DNA from: Candidatus Heimdallarchaeota archaeon
GTDB lineage: Archaea > Asgardarchaeota > Heimdallarchaeia > Heimdallarchaeales > Heimdallarchaeaceae
Length of the DNA stretch: 64,000 bases
Assembly: GCA_021399345.1 (NCBI GenBank)
Contig: JAAFKI010000045.1
Span: forward strand, 191,965 to 255,964
Direction: 5' to 3'
Part shown: positions 17,664-27,116 of the stretch, one piece after another
How positions within the stretch are numbered: position 1 is the first letter of the stretch
How the letters are laid out: each line of letters starts with the position of its first letter
Notes under the pieces: model-generated
What the model was told of the DNA's origin: nothing
Databases searched by the model: none
What the model saw: the letters and a program-made list of their open reading frames with translations, nothing else
Program-made: the position numbers and the translations under genes

Positions 17664-19424
17664 ATGCTTAGGAGGTTATCGAACAGTAGCATTCTATCTA
17701 TACTTGTAGGATTTTCCCTTTTTATTACAATATTAAATCCTGCATCTAATATAGCGATAGCTATGAAACCTCCTATAGGGGACAATTCTCAAATTATTTA
17801 TCAGAGCTATGAAAATGCTACTTTCATTTTTTATCCATATTTTGAAGAAATAACAAGAGGAGAGGATGACCTCAATCTAACCATGAAATTCTGTTATGAG
17901 AATATTACTTTGATTCCAGATTCAAACATTTATTATAATATTACAAACATACTGGATGAAAAAATTTTCGAAGAGAAAGTATGGGTTAATACAACTGCAG
18001 AATTTAATCGTACAATTCCATGGCAGACATTTAATGGTCAAGATGATGGAAACTATACAATCACTGCTGTTGCGAATAGTACTACAACTACATCTTATAA
18101 CATTACAACTTATTTTACTCTCATAGTTCCTGATTTTGGACAAGTAAGGATGTTCTTTCCATCAAATCCTGCATTTCTTATTAGGAATCAAGATAATCAA
18201 GTTTCATGTGTTATTTCGAATGTAGGTGGAACTACAGTAACTAATGTCTCAGTAACTAATGAAATTACAAAAACTGGAACAGTTGGTTCAATTACAAGAT
18301 CTTATTCTATTTACAATTTAGAAATAGCTGAAGGAGCATTCCACGAAGATATAATAGGTTTTTATCCAGATACTTATCTCTATCAAAAACACTCTTTCAC
18401 TATCACTTATCGAACAATAGGTGATCCAGAGACGCTTAGAGTGTATCTTAGTGACCCCATTAAAATAATTGTGATGCCCGATATTGTCGTTGAAAATTTT
18501 CAGTTACCAATAAATGTGACCATGGGAGAGAAATATATTATTACGACTAATATAAATAACAGTGAAGAAGAATCACTAATTATTATTCCAAAGATTGTTT
18601 GTGATCAAATCAGTTTTTATGATGAATCTGCTATATCAATTCCAAAAGGTAATAATATAATCTCTATTTCAGGAACTCCTCTAGTAGATGGAGCATCTTC
18701 ACTCTACTTTGGTTTTGATTTAGAATGGACTACTGTTTCTGAAACAAAGTGGTATTCTATCTTACTTTTTACACAGTATCAACTTATATATATCATTCCA
18801 CTAGAAATCCCCCCCATTATTCTACATCCTGGTGTATTTTTTGGTATTGTTTTTTCATCTCTTTTCATAGGATTAGCTTACTTTTCAAGAGATATTATAC
18901 TTGGTATTGCTAGAAGAACTAGAACAACAAGTTCTCGGATTTTCCCTGAAGTTTCTTATCCTTTGGAAACAGTAATTCTTGATGGTTCAAATATTGCTTG
19001 GGAAGAGAAGAACGACTCTAACAAACCACAAATTAACAACATTGAATCCATGATTAACCGATTGAGTAGAGCCAATTTTAAGAAAATTATAACTGTAGCG
19101 GACGCAGCATTACGCTATCAGATAGATGAACAAAAAAGATTAGACAGATTAGTTAAGGAAGGAGCTATGAAAATGTTACCCGCAAGAGTTGATGGAGACA
19201 AGTTCATTCTAAGGATAGCAGAAGAGGAAAATGCTATGATTGTAAGTAATGATATGTTTAAGGAATTCAGAGAATCAACTCCCTGGATTGATGAAAGAAG
19301 GATCCCTTACACTATTTTAGATGGAGAAGTATACTTGCACCCAACTTCAGTTCTTCCCTCAATTGAAATAGGTAGTAAAGAGAATAAAGAGAGAAAAGAA
19401 AACGATAATACCTTTGAAACTTAA
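17664..19424 (+). CDS. Single-pass membrane protein with extracellular Ig-like region and cytoplasmic Zc3h12a/NYN-type PIN ribonuclease domain
   Basis: Signal peptide; NxT-rich beta region; TM GVFFGIVFSSLFIGLAYF; VILDGSNIAW...VADAAL...DGDKFIL...IVSNDMFKEF. Confidence 0.85.
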   Translation: MLRRLSNSSILSILVGFSLFITILNPASNIAIAMKPPIGDNSQIIYQSYENATFIFYPYFEEITRGEDDLNLTMKFCYENITLIPDSNIYYNITNILDEKIFEEKVWVNTTAEFNRTIPWQTFNGQDDGNYTITAVANSTTTTSYNITTYFTLIVPDFGQVRMFFPSNPAFLIRNQDNQVSCVISNVGGTTVTNVSVTNEITKTGTVGSITRSYSIYNLEIAEGAFHEDIIGFYPDTYLYQKHSFTITYRTIGDPETLRVYLSDPIKIIVMPDIVVENFQLPINVTMGEKYIITTNINNSEEESLIIIPKIVCDQISFYDESAISIPKGNNIISISGTPLVDGASSLYFGFDLEWTTVSETKWYSILLFTQYQLIYIIPLEIPPIILHPGVFFGIVFSSLFIGLAYFSRDIILGIARRTRTTSSRIFPEVSYPLETVILDGSNIAWEEKNDSNKPQINNIESMINRLSRANFKKIITVADAALRYQIDEQKRLDRLVKEGAMKMLPARVDGDKFILRIAEEENAMIVSNDMFKEFRESTPWIDERRIPYTILDGEVYLHPTSVLPSIEIGSKENKERKENDNTFET

Positions 19425-19495
19425 TTTTCTATAACAAAAATCTGATAAAACCAAGTCATTATAAAGTACTATGATTATATAATTTTGATAATACT

Positions 19496-20212
19496 ATGAA
19501 TATGGACCAAGGATATCAAGATTTTTCTAACTTGAAAACAGGTTATAATGATAACATAAAGTTAGAAAATCTTCCAAAGGATTATTTCTATAGTACAGAA
19601 TATGATTACATGACGCTACCAGAGGTCCAGTTATTATTAACTTTGTCAGATTCGAATATCGCCTACAGTTTTTCAGGATTAAGAAAAACAACACTGCTGC
19701 ATCAACATCAACTGGCTAAGGCTCTAAAGAGATTAATTGATAGAAACTATCTATCCAAAAGAGACAATGGTACATATGAAACAACTAATACTGGTAGCAG
19801 ATATACAACAGAATTAATCAAAGATCTAATCAGTAATAAAGCAGTAAATATTCAGAATAATAGCTTTTACTCTCAGTGGAAAGAAATTCATCTAATTCCA
19901 CCTCTAAAATCTGAATTATTAGTATCAGTTTTTGAAAAAAGATGGTTTGGAGGTTTTAGATTCCTATTCAAAAGAGAAAACAGAGATGGAACTGAGCTAT
20001 GCTGGGAAGATAATGACAGTAATAGAGTCTACTTGTATATTCAAAGAAGAGGTTCAATCAAATTTGAATATAGAGCTACTGTTCCTAGTTACAGTAAAAT
20101 GGAAGAAGCTACAAACTGGATAAGTAATGAAATTCTAAATCTAGGTGAAGTTAATATAGAAATTGAAGATTATGAAATTGTTGACGATTTTGAGAAAAAT
20201 ACATACAATTAG
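19496..20212 (+). CDS. Winged-helix domain protein
   Basis: SFSGLRKTTLLHQHQLAKALKRLIDRNYLSKRDNGTYETT. Confidence 0.65.
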   Translation: MNMDQGYQDFSNLKTGYNDNIKLENLPKDYFYSTEYDYMTLPEVQLLLTLSDSNIAYSFSGLRKTTLLHQHQLAKALKRLIDRNYLSKRDNGTYETTNTGSRYTTELIKDLISNKAVNIQNNSFYSQWKEIHLIPPLKSELLVSVFEKRWFGGFRFLFKRENRDGTELCWEDNDSNRVYLYIQRRGSIKFEYRATVPSYSKMEEATNWISNEILNLGEVNIEIEDYEIVDDFEKNTYN

Positions 20213-20275
20213 GTAAATCATTCATAGAACGCTAAATATTTAAACAAAATAAAGAAAAAATAATGAGGAATTAAA

Positions 20276-20941
20276 ATGAATAATCCGAATTTTAATGGAA
20301 TGGGAAATAATAATCCATTTATGGATCCCAAGCACGGAACAACAACTGTTTCTGTAAGATTTAAAGGAGGAACAGTTGTAGCGGCAGATAGAAGAGCTTC
20401 TATGGGCAGTTTTATTGCTTCAAAGAAAGCTCAAAAAGTCCATGAACTTAATGAATTCACTGTTGCCACAATTGCTGGGTTGGTTTCAGATGCTCAATAT
20501 CTGGTTCATCTGACAAGAGCTAATCTCAACCTATTCGAACTTGGTAGAGGATATGCTCCTACTACAAAAATGGCAGGTAATCTATTAGCCTCTATCATGT
20601 ATGAACAATATAGGGCATATTTTCCATATTATGTCTCTATGATTGTTGCAGGTTTGGATAAAGATGGTCCTCATATCTATACTTTGGATATGGCAGGTGG
20701 AATCACAGAAGAAGACTTTGCTTCCACTGGTTCAGGTTCTCTAGTTGCCTATGGTGTTCTAGAATCAACCTGGAAAGATGGACTGACTGAAGCTGAAGGA
20801 CTCAAAGTTACAATAACTGCTTTGGCTACAGCTATTAGTAGAGATGCAGCAACAGGTGATGGAATGGATGTTCTAGTAGTGAACAAAAAAGGTGTCAAAA
20901 GGATGGCATCTGATGAAGTAAAAGGTTACTTGGAGGCATAA
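20276..20941 (+). CDS. psmB: Proteasome beta subunit
   Basis: Propeptide then HG|TTT; Thr1/Asp17/Lys33 intact; STGSGS; RDAATG. Confidence 0.95.
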   Translation: MNNPNFNGMGNNNPFMDPKHGTTTVSVRFKGGTVVAADRRASMGSFIASKKAQKVHELNEFTVATIAGLVSDAQYLVHLTRANLNLFELGRGYAPTTKMAGNLLASIMYEQYRAYFPYYVSMIVAGLDKDGPHIYTLDMAGGITEEDFASTGSGSLVAYGVLESTWKDGLTEAEGLKVTITALATAISRDAATGDGMDVLVVNKKGVKRMASDEVKGYLEA

Positions 20942-20945
20942 GAAA

Positions 20946-21602
20946 ATGTTAGGACCACAATCAATGGGTTACGATAGATCACCTTTAATGTACTCTCCTG
21001 AAGGGCGTATCATTCAAACAGAATATGCTAGAGAATCAGTTAGAAGAGGAAGTATAGCAATAGGAATTAAAAGTAAACACGGTGTTGTTTTAGCTGGATT
21101 GTTAAGAGTAGTGGATCTTAATGAACCTGATTTGAAAATCCATAAAATCTCTAATACTATTCAAGCAATTTTCGCAGGTGTTGCTGCTGATGGTCGTATT
21201 TTGATAAATCGAGCTCGCCTTGAAGCAGAAATATTCAAGCTAACATATGCTGTTCCAATGGATGTCAGAGGTTTAGCTGTTAAGACTGGCGACTATGTCC
21301 AGATGTTTACTCAACAAGGTGGATTAAGGCCTTTTGGAGTTGGAATGTTGTATGGAGGACTAGACGATACTGGATCAAGTTTACAATTTGTAGATCCTGG
21401 TGGTGGAGTAGTCTCTTGTAAAGCAAAAGCTATGGGTGAAGGAGATTCTGAAGCTATTGCTTATCTAAAGGAAAAATATTCTGATGAATTAACAACCGAT
21501 GAAATGATTCAAATAGCTAAAGACGCTATTCACAAAGCTGCTAGAGATGTAGAATTAACAGATGACAACATAGCTATTGAAATTATGCCTTATGAGGCAT
21601 AA
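20946..21602 (+). CDS. psmA: Proteasome alpha subunit (divergent)
   Basis: GYDR...YSPEGRIIQTEYA; TQQGGLRPFGV; DPGG. Confidence 0.92.
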   Translation: MLGPQSMGYDRSPLMYSPEGRIIQTEYARESVRRGSIAIGIKSKHGVVLAGLLRVVDLNEPDLKIHKISNTIQAIFAGVAADGRILINRARLEAEIFKLTYAVPMDVRGLAVKTGDYVQMFTQQGGLRPFGVGMLYGGLDDTGSSLQFVDPGGGVVSCKAKAMGEGDSEAIAYLKEKYSDELTTDEMIQIAKDAIHKAARDVELTDDNIAIEIMPYEA

Positions 21603-21656
21603 TCTATCTTTTTCTATTTATTTACGCCAAATTTATATTCGCAAAACTTTATTTTT

Positions 21657-22685
21657 GTGAAGAGGATTATGAAAGTTTTTCTGTCAAAAGCTATTAGAGT
21701 AAACGGAAAAGATTGGAAATTAGCTTGTGATAGTACTAACTCACAACACTATCCTCTCGTTTTTTATAGTCATGCTCATTCAGACCATATCCCAAGAAAA
21801 TTACCAAAAACAGATATAATAACATCACCCGTAACAAAGATTCTATTGAAGAATTTTGTGTCAAATTTTGATGATGGAAATTTCTTCGATTCTTACTCTA
21901 TTGATGATGTTACTTTCAAACAAAAATCCAGCGGCCATATTGTGGGCTCTACTGCATTGAAAATTGAATCTTCTGAAGGAAAACTAGTTTATACAGGAGA
22001 TGTTTCAATACGAGATAAGGGATTCTTAGAACCTTTTTCACCAGAAAAGTGTGATATCTTAATCATTGAAAGTACATTTGGTTCGCCAGATTACGTCTTT
22101 CCATCTTATGATGGTGTTATAAAGGAAGCACAAGAACAAATATCCCATTATTTGGATAACAATATCCCCGTAGTTTTGATGGGTTATGCCCTAGGAAAAG
22201 CACAAATGTTGTATAATGCTTTTTCCCATCTTTCTGAAAATATAGTTATGCATGGAGCTAATTTCAAGATTAATTCCCTACTTCTAGCTGAGAAAATTAA
22301 GGGAGCCATAACTGCAATGGATTATATCGAAGCAAAAGAATCTAATTTCCTTGGACAATCTAATAAATGGATTCTTTTTACACCTCTGAAATCTGGGCGA
22401 GATTTCTTTTTTTCTTATTTGAAGAAAAAATATAACGCGAAATTGTTTGCATTCAGTGGTTGGGCAATATCAAGCAGCTATAAATTCAGAATGTCAGTTG
22501 ATCATAGTTATCCTATAAGTGACCACGCTGATTACAATGAATTATTAGAGATTTGCAAAAAAAGCAACCCAAATCAGATTTATACAATCTATGGACATAC
22601 AACAAGATTTGCAGCAGAGTTAATAAAACATGGATTTAACGCAATACCCCTTTCTAAGCAGACTATACTAGATTCATTCTTCTAG
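21657..22685 (+). CDS. MBL-fold beta-CASP nuclease with C-terminal PIP box
   Basis: SHAHSDH, GHIVGS, YTGD, IESTFG, GYALGKAQ, SDHADY; terminal QTILDSFF. Confidence 0.88.
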   Translation: MKRIMKVFLSKAIRVNGKDWKLACDSTNSQHYPLVFYSHAHSDHIPRKLPKTDIITSPVTKILLKNFVSNFDDGNFFDSYSIDDVTFKQKSSGHIVGSTALKIESSEGKLVYTGDVSIRDKGFLEPFSPEKCDILIIESTFGSPDYVFPSYDGVIKEAQEQISHYLDNNIPVVLMGYALGKAQMLYNAFSHLSENIVMHGANFKINSLLLAEKIKGAITAMDYIEAKESNFLGQSNKWILFTPLKSGRDFFFSYLKKKYNAKLFAFSGWAISSSYKFRMSVDHSYPISDHADYNELLEICKKSNPNQIYTIYGHTTRFAAELIKHGFNAIPLSKQTILDSFF

Positions 22686-22692
22686 ATATTAA

Positions 22693-23058
22693 TTAACTTG
22701 CAATTAAATCTTCAATTCTCCTTTCTTTATAGAGTATTTCATTCAAATGTACAACCATTATTGGGATATCTCGTCTTGCGAGGAAATCCCTTGCATTAGA
22801 ACTAATAGAATTACAGATTAAAACCAACTTCTTCAGATTTAGTGAAATAATTATTTGTTCCAATTGGAGTAATTTGTTTGTAGGAATTGTACGTTTCCAA
22901 TTCATTGTCACGATACCAATATCGTGACTTTCGAGATAGAAATCTATCACATATTTCCTTCTACCAAGCTTAAAAGCAGCATTTTCTCTAACTGGTACAT
23001 TTCTTGATTCTAATTCATTTCTAAGCACATGATTTATGATAGATTCTTCACTATTCAT
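22693..23058 (-). CDS. Small restriction-endonuclease-like (Mrr-type fold) protein
   Basis: IDFYL...NWKRTI...LVLICNSISSNARDF pattern; start placed at MNSEE. Confidence 0.5.
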   Translation of the reverse strand: MNSEESIINHVLRNELESRNVPVRENAAFKLGRRKYVIDFYLESHDIGIVTMNWKRTIPTNKLLQLEQIIISLNLKKLVLICNSISSNARDFLARRDIPIMVVHLNEILYKERRIEDLIAS

Positions 23059-23202
23059 TAGAAGAAAGAAAGAGACTTTATTAAAAACAAGGGTTAATAT
23101 CAGCATAATATACTGGAAACATCTAAGAACGCAATGTATTGACAAAAATCATGAAACTAGGAAATTTGAAAAAATGTAAAAAGAGAGTTTTTGGCTAAAA
23201 AC

Positions 23203-25752
23203 TCAACTGAAAATGTACTTCATGTCCCTTATATTGGAAATACGCATAAGTATCCTATCGAAAAACGAAATATGTTTCTTTACCATAAACTTAGGTGTAT
23301 CTGTGTAAATATAGATATAATCAATTTTCTTTCTTTCAATTTCAAATTCTTTATCTTTGATTTTATAGGCTACTTTGTCATCTTTTAAGCTAGTTAATAT
23401 GCAAGCAATTCCTGTTTCAATTTCCTCTTTCGTAAAGAGAACAACAGATTTTCCTATGGTTGATTCTATAAGTCCTGTTTGATTTTCCTTTTTATCATAG
23501 TTTAATCGTACTAATACAGGTGGTAAATCAATAATAATTTCTTTACCATTCAATTCAAATGTTTTCATTTTTCCATTATCATCTGTTTTCAGAGTAATTG
23601 AGGAAGAAGCGAGATTATTTTCAAATGAGAAATTCTCCAATACCGCTTTTCTATCTAATCCGTCATTGTAACTAAATATTTCCTTACCAACAAAATCTAC
23701 GAGATATGATATTGGTTTACCTGTATAATCTCTTTCAAATGTTTTCAAAGGATTGTCTGTCTGTTGAAAAGTAAAAGTTGGTTGTTGAGTTTTTTCATCT
23801 TTCTGCCATGAAATCAATTTACCTATTTTTCCATTTTTTAAGACATACTTGTCATTTACTATAGCATCATGTATAACATAATCTGTAAAGAGTATTTTTT
23901 TAGCTTCATCCTTTGTTTGAATATTCAATAAAAGAGGTCTAACAATGGTATTACTTATTTCAATGTCAGTCACTTCACCTTCAATACAATCATCAAAAAC
24001 ACGGTCATATGCAACGACATATCTCCCCTTTAGCATTGAAATCAAGTCGTTCATTCTTGTGATCTCTAGAAATGATTCTACTCCTTTTTCCCCGTGATAT
24101 TCAGTATATCTCTCAGAAATAAGTTTGGAGAATTCTTCTCTCTTATTACTCAATTTCTTAATCGATTTTTTTCTTATGAAATTTGGAAGAATAAACCAAA
24201 AGGGTAATAGTGCGCCCTTAACTGGAGAATAATCATCACTTATAACAGCAACTATCCTGTATGCAGTTCGGGGATGAGACATGAACATATTGGCTATCAT
24301 ATCCCACCTACCAGGTCTGTAAAGATGTCTGTAAAGTTTCATTGCAGCTTCACCTTGGAATCTTTGTTTTTCTTCAGGAGTAAATTCTCTACCAGTCAAC
24401 AATTGGACATTTAAACCAAAATCTCCAGCTATGCCTTGATAAAAACCCTCAAGTTTATACAATACTTGAGCAAGTTCCGTACCATAACCTGCTTTCTTTG
24501 CTTGTAAATCGGCATCACCTTCCATGATTCTAACGAAAATATAGAGAACGACAATTATTCCATAACTAATTAAGAAATACAATCCAAATGGGATAAGACC
24601 TTTCACTGCAGCATAATCTAGTGTTGTAGCGGGTAGTAGGAATCCCTTTTTGATAATCATCTCTATCCAAGCTAGTAATTGTAACCAGACAATATGAGCT
24701 CGCTTATTATGGGCTAACTCATGTGCAACGATTCCGCGTATATCGTCATCGCTAAATTCATCTAAACTAGAAGATATTAGTGCAACTCTTTGATCAAAAA
24801 GAGGACCATATGCCATTGCATTCAAAATAGGCGCTTGAACAAAACCTACTTTGAGTTTTTTATTAATCCCTAAACGAACTCTAACTTCTTCAACAATCTT
24901 TAGAACTCGTTTATCATCAGTAGGTTTAATTCCCAGCAAAAATGTGAGCAACCAACCTGAAATGAAATACATAAAAATTGAAAGAAGGATAACTATCTCC
25001 CAGGGTCCAAGAGAAAGGAAAATAGTACGCTGTACTATAGGAGAATCTGTTTTTACTAACCCCCCTAGATGATTACCTACACTAGGTAAAAGAGTACTAC
25101 CGCTAATTGTGAAGAAATTAGATAATGTAAAAGAATATAAACCGATGTAATTCCAGGTAAGGTTATCAAATCCTGGAATTAATTTACCAACACCATAGAG
25201 TGCCACATATGCTAAAGCAAAAAGTGTCAAGTATAAAATTTGAGGTGACATTAAGCGACTAACAAGTACGAATTTTTTACCAAAGAATATCAAGGCAAGA
25301 ATTATGAAAACATAAATCATAAGGTTATAAGCCCAACCTGTAAACAACTCGTTTTTTTCACCAGTAACAAGTTCCCATATTTTATCTCCAACAGTCCCAA
25401 CTAGAAAAACAAAGTAAGTTACAACTGAAATAATCATCATTTCCCGCCAAACTGGAGATTCTCTTAAAATATATGTTTGATAAACAGCTAAAACAAATAA
25501 TCCTAAAGCAATAGCTATTAACCAATTGCTAAGAAAGATTAACACCAAACCGAAAGTTAAAGCTATAAATGCCAACATGAGATTTTCAGAAGTTGTTCCA
25601 TGCCTTACTTTAGTAACAATTTCTGAAATTAGAAAAACTAACCCTAACAACGCTATGAGGATACCTATACCTATATTGGGATCATTTTTGATTAATCCCC
25701 ATAACAGATTCCAATAATCGATAAGTGACATATTATCAGTGGCTTTGAACAT
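23203..25752 (-). CDS. M48 (HtpX-like) zinc metalloprotease, polytopic, with long C-terminal beta-rich extension
   Basis: Multiple TM helices; LNAMA; HELAH; EGDAD; SHP. Confidence 0.85.
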   Translation of the reverse strand: MFKATDNMSLIDYWNLLWGLIKNDPNIGIGILIALLGLVFLISEIVTKVRHGTTSENLMLAFIALTFGLVLIFLSNWLIAIALGLFVLAVYQTYILRESPVWREMMIISVVTYFVFLVGTVGDKIWELVTGEKNELFTGWAYNLMIYVFIILALIFFGKKFVLVSRLMSPQILYLTLFALAYVALYGVGKLIPGFDNLTWNYIGLYSFTLSNFFTISGSTLLPSVGNHLGGLVKTDSPIVQRTIFLSLGPWEIVILLSIFMYFISGWLLTFLLGIKPTDDKRVLKIVEEVRVRLGINKKLKVGFVQAPILNAMAYGPLFDQRVALISSSLDEFSDDDIRGIVAHELAHNKRAHIVWLQLLAWIEMIIKKGFLLPATTLDYAAVKGLIPFGLYFLISYGIIVVLYIFVRIMEGDADLQAKKAGYGTELAQVLYKLEGFYQGIAGDFGLNVQLLTGREFTPEEKQRFQGEAAMKLYRHLYRPGRWDMIANMFMSHPRTAYRIVAVISDDYSPVKGALLPFWFILPNFIRKKSIKKLSNKREEFSKLISERYTEYHGEKGVESFLEITRMNDLISMLKGRYVVAYDRVFDDCIEGEVTDIEISNTIVRPLLLNIQTKDEAKKILFTDYVIHDAIVNDKYVLKNGKIGKLISWQKDEKTQQPTFTFQQTDNPLKTFERDYTGKPISYLVDFVGKEIFSYNDGLDRKAVLENFSFENNLASSSITLKTDDNGKMKTFELNGKEIIIDLPPVLVRLNYDKKENQTGLIESTIGKSVVLFTKEEIETGIACILTSLKDDKVAYKIKDKEFEIERKKIDYIYIYTDTPKFMVKKHISFFDRILMRISNIRDMKYIFS

Positions 25753-25788
25753 AAAATATATTTAAAGCCTTTGTCTTCTGAAAAACTT

Positions 25789-26400
25789 CTAAGATATTGG
25801 AACTTGACGAATCACATTCTTATATAATAAATCATTAGTAGCTCTTTCTGCATCATTTTCAGTTAATTTCATCAATTTTACTATATCACTTAGAGTAGCT
25901 GACCCCTTGTATTTCAATAAAGAGATCACCTTTTGTTGCTGATTACTAAATTTATTACCGATATCTCTATTAATAATCTGAGGATTAAGCTCTAGCTTGG
26001 AATAAGACAGATTTGCTATTGGAATACTATACTTCTTAAGCTGAGTGTCTACATATTCAGTCATATTAGCAAAATGTTCTACCCTACCTCTCCAATCCTT
26101 CAATTCATCTGCAAAACGGGAATGAAACTCATTCTGAATTTTATGTAGATCCTGTCTAACAGTTGTGTCATCATCGCTGTTATCGATACAAGCAACAGTT
26201 ACTGTTTGATTAGACGTTTTATATATGAATTTGTAACTAGTTGTTTGCAAGAAATCGCAACCCCCATCGACATTTTGTGCAAAAATCTCAATTGCACTGA
26301 GAAAACTAGTAATGAGGTTTTCATCATGTTCTATGCTACCGTACTTACGATGAAAGAGACATTCTCCTGTATCTTTAGCAATCCAAATATTATGAAGCAT
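25789..26400 (-). CDS. Soluble longin-like + winged-helix protein
   Basis: NIWIAKDTGECLFHRKY...DENLITSFLSAI...DWRG; C-terminal QQKVISLL...TLSDIVKLM; start placed at MLHN. Confidence 0.75.
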   Translation of the reverse strand: MLHNIWIAKDTGECLFHRKYGSIEHDENLITSFLSAIEIFAQNVDGGCDFLQTTSYKFIYKTSNQTVTVACIDNSDDDTTVRQDLHKIQNEFHSRFADELKDWRGRVEHFANMTEYVDTQLKKYSIPIANLSYSKLELNPQIINRDIGNKFSNQQQKVISLLKYKGSATLSDIVKLMKLTENDAERATNDLLYKNVIRQVPIS

Positions 26401-26550
26401 AGAGTTCAAGAAATTAAAATCGCTTGAACACAAAAACTCACATAATACATGGGTATTTTCACATGCACACTAAAATAAATTGAAAAGTGAATTAGAAATC
26501 TTTAAACAACTGAATTTCAGGAAATTGACTATTTAAATTTGTTTTACCTC

Positions 26551-27015
26551 TTATCCTAAATCAAAATCACTTTTTTTTACAAGAGTAAAACCACATCGAC
26601 CACACTTTAAGATATAAGAATCGTCTTTTGTTCCTCGCCCAGCATGCTTTAAGTTATATCTACAGTTTGGACACAAAATATCACCAGGTTCAAGGGATAA
26701 AATTCTATCCATTTCTAGAGTGAAGTGATGTTGTTGTTCTATAATCTCAGATGTTGAAGACAAATAATATCCTTCAGAATATTTGGAAATAATAATTGTA
26801 TCTCCACTCTTTACTGGATATTCGTTAAACCATTCATCAAGTCCAGTTAAATGGTTAGCCTCAGTAATATGGCTTCCGTAGGTATCATTATATGATTCTA
26901 TAAAAAAAAGAATCCCTTCTTTAGGAAACATTTTTCTATCTTTTTCTGGAATAATGATTACATCACTTTTAACTTCATCATTAGATAGATGCTGAATTAT
27001 GAATCCTACATGCAT
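26551..27015 (-). CDS. Hypothetical protein with C-terminal zinc ribbon
   Basis: CPNC...CGRC; GAGGT SD. Confidence 0.7.
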   Translation of the reverse strand: MHVGFIIQHLSNDEVKSDVIIIPEKDRKMFPKEGILFFIESYNDTYGSHITEANHLTGLDEWFNEYPVKSGDTIIISKYSEGYYLSSTSEIIEQQHHFTLEMDRILSLEPGDILCPNCRYNLKHAGRGTKDDSYILKCGRCGFTLVKKSDFDLG

Positions 27016-27116
27016 CGATTGAACCTCATTGGGGAATTCTTGTTTATAGAAAATGATCTAATAAATAAGTAAGAGATAAGCGTTTATCTCTTTTTCGACA
27101 AATTAGCAGTAAATCA

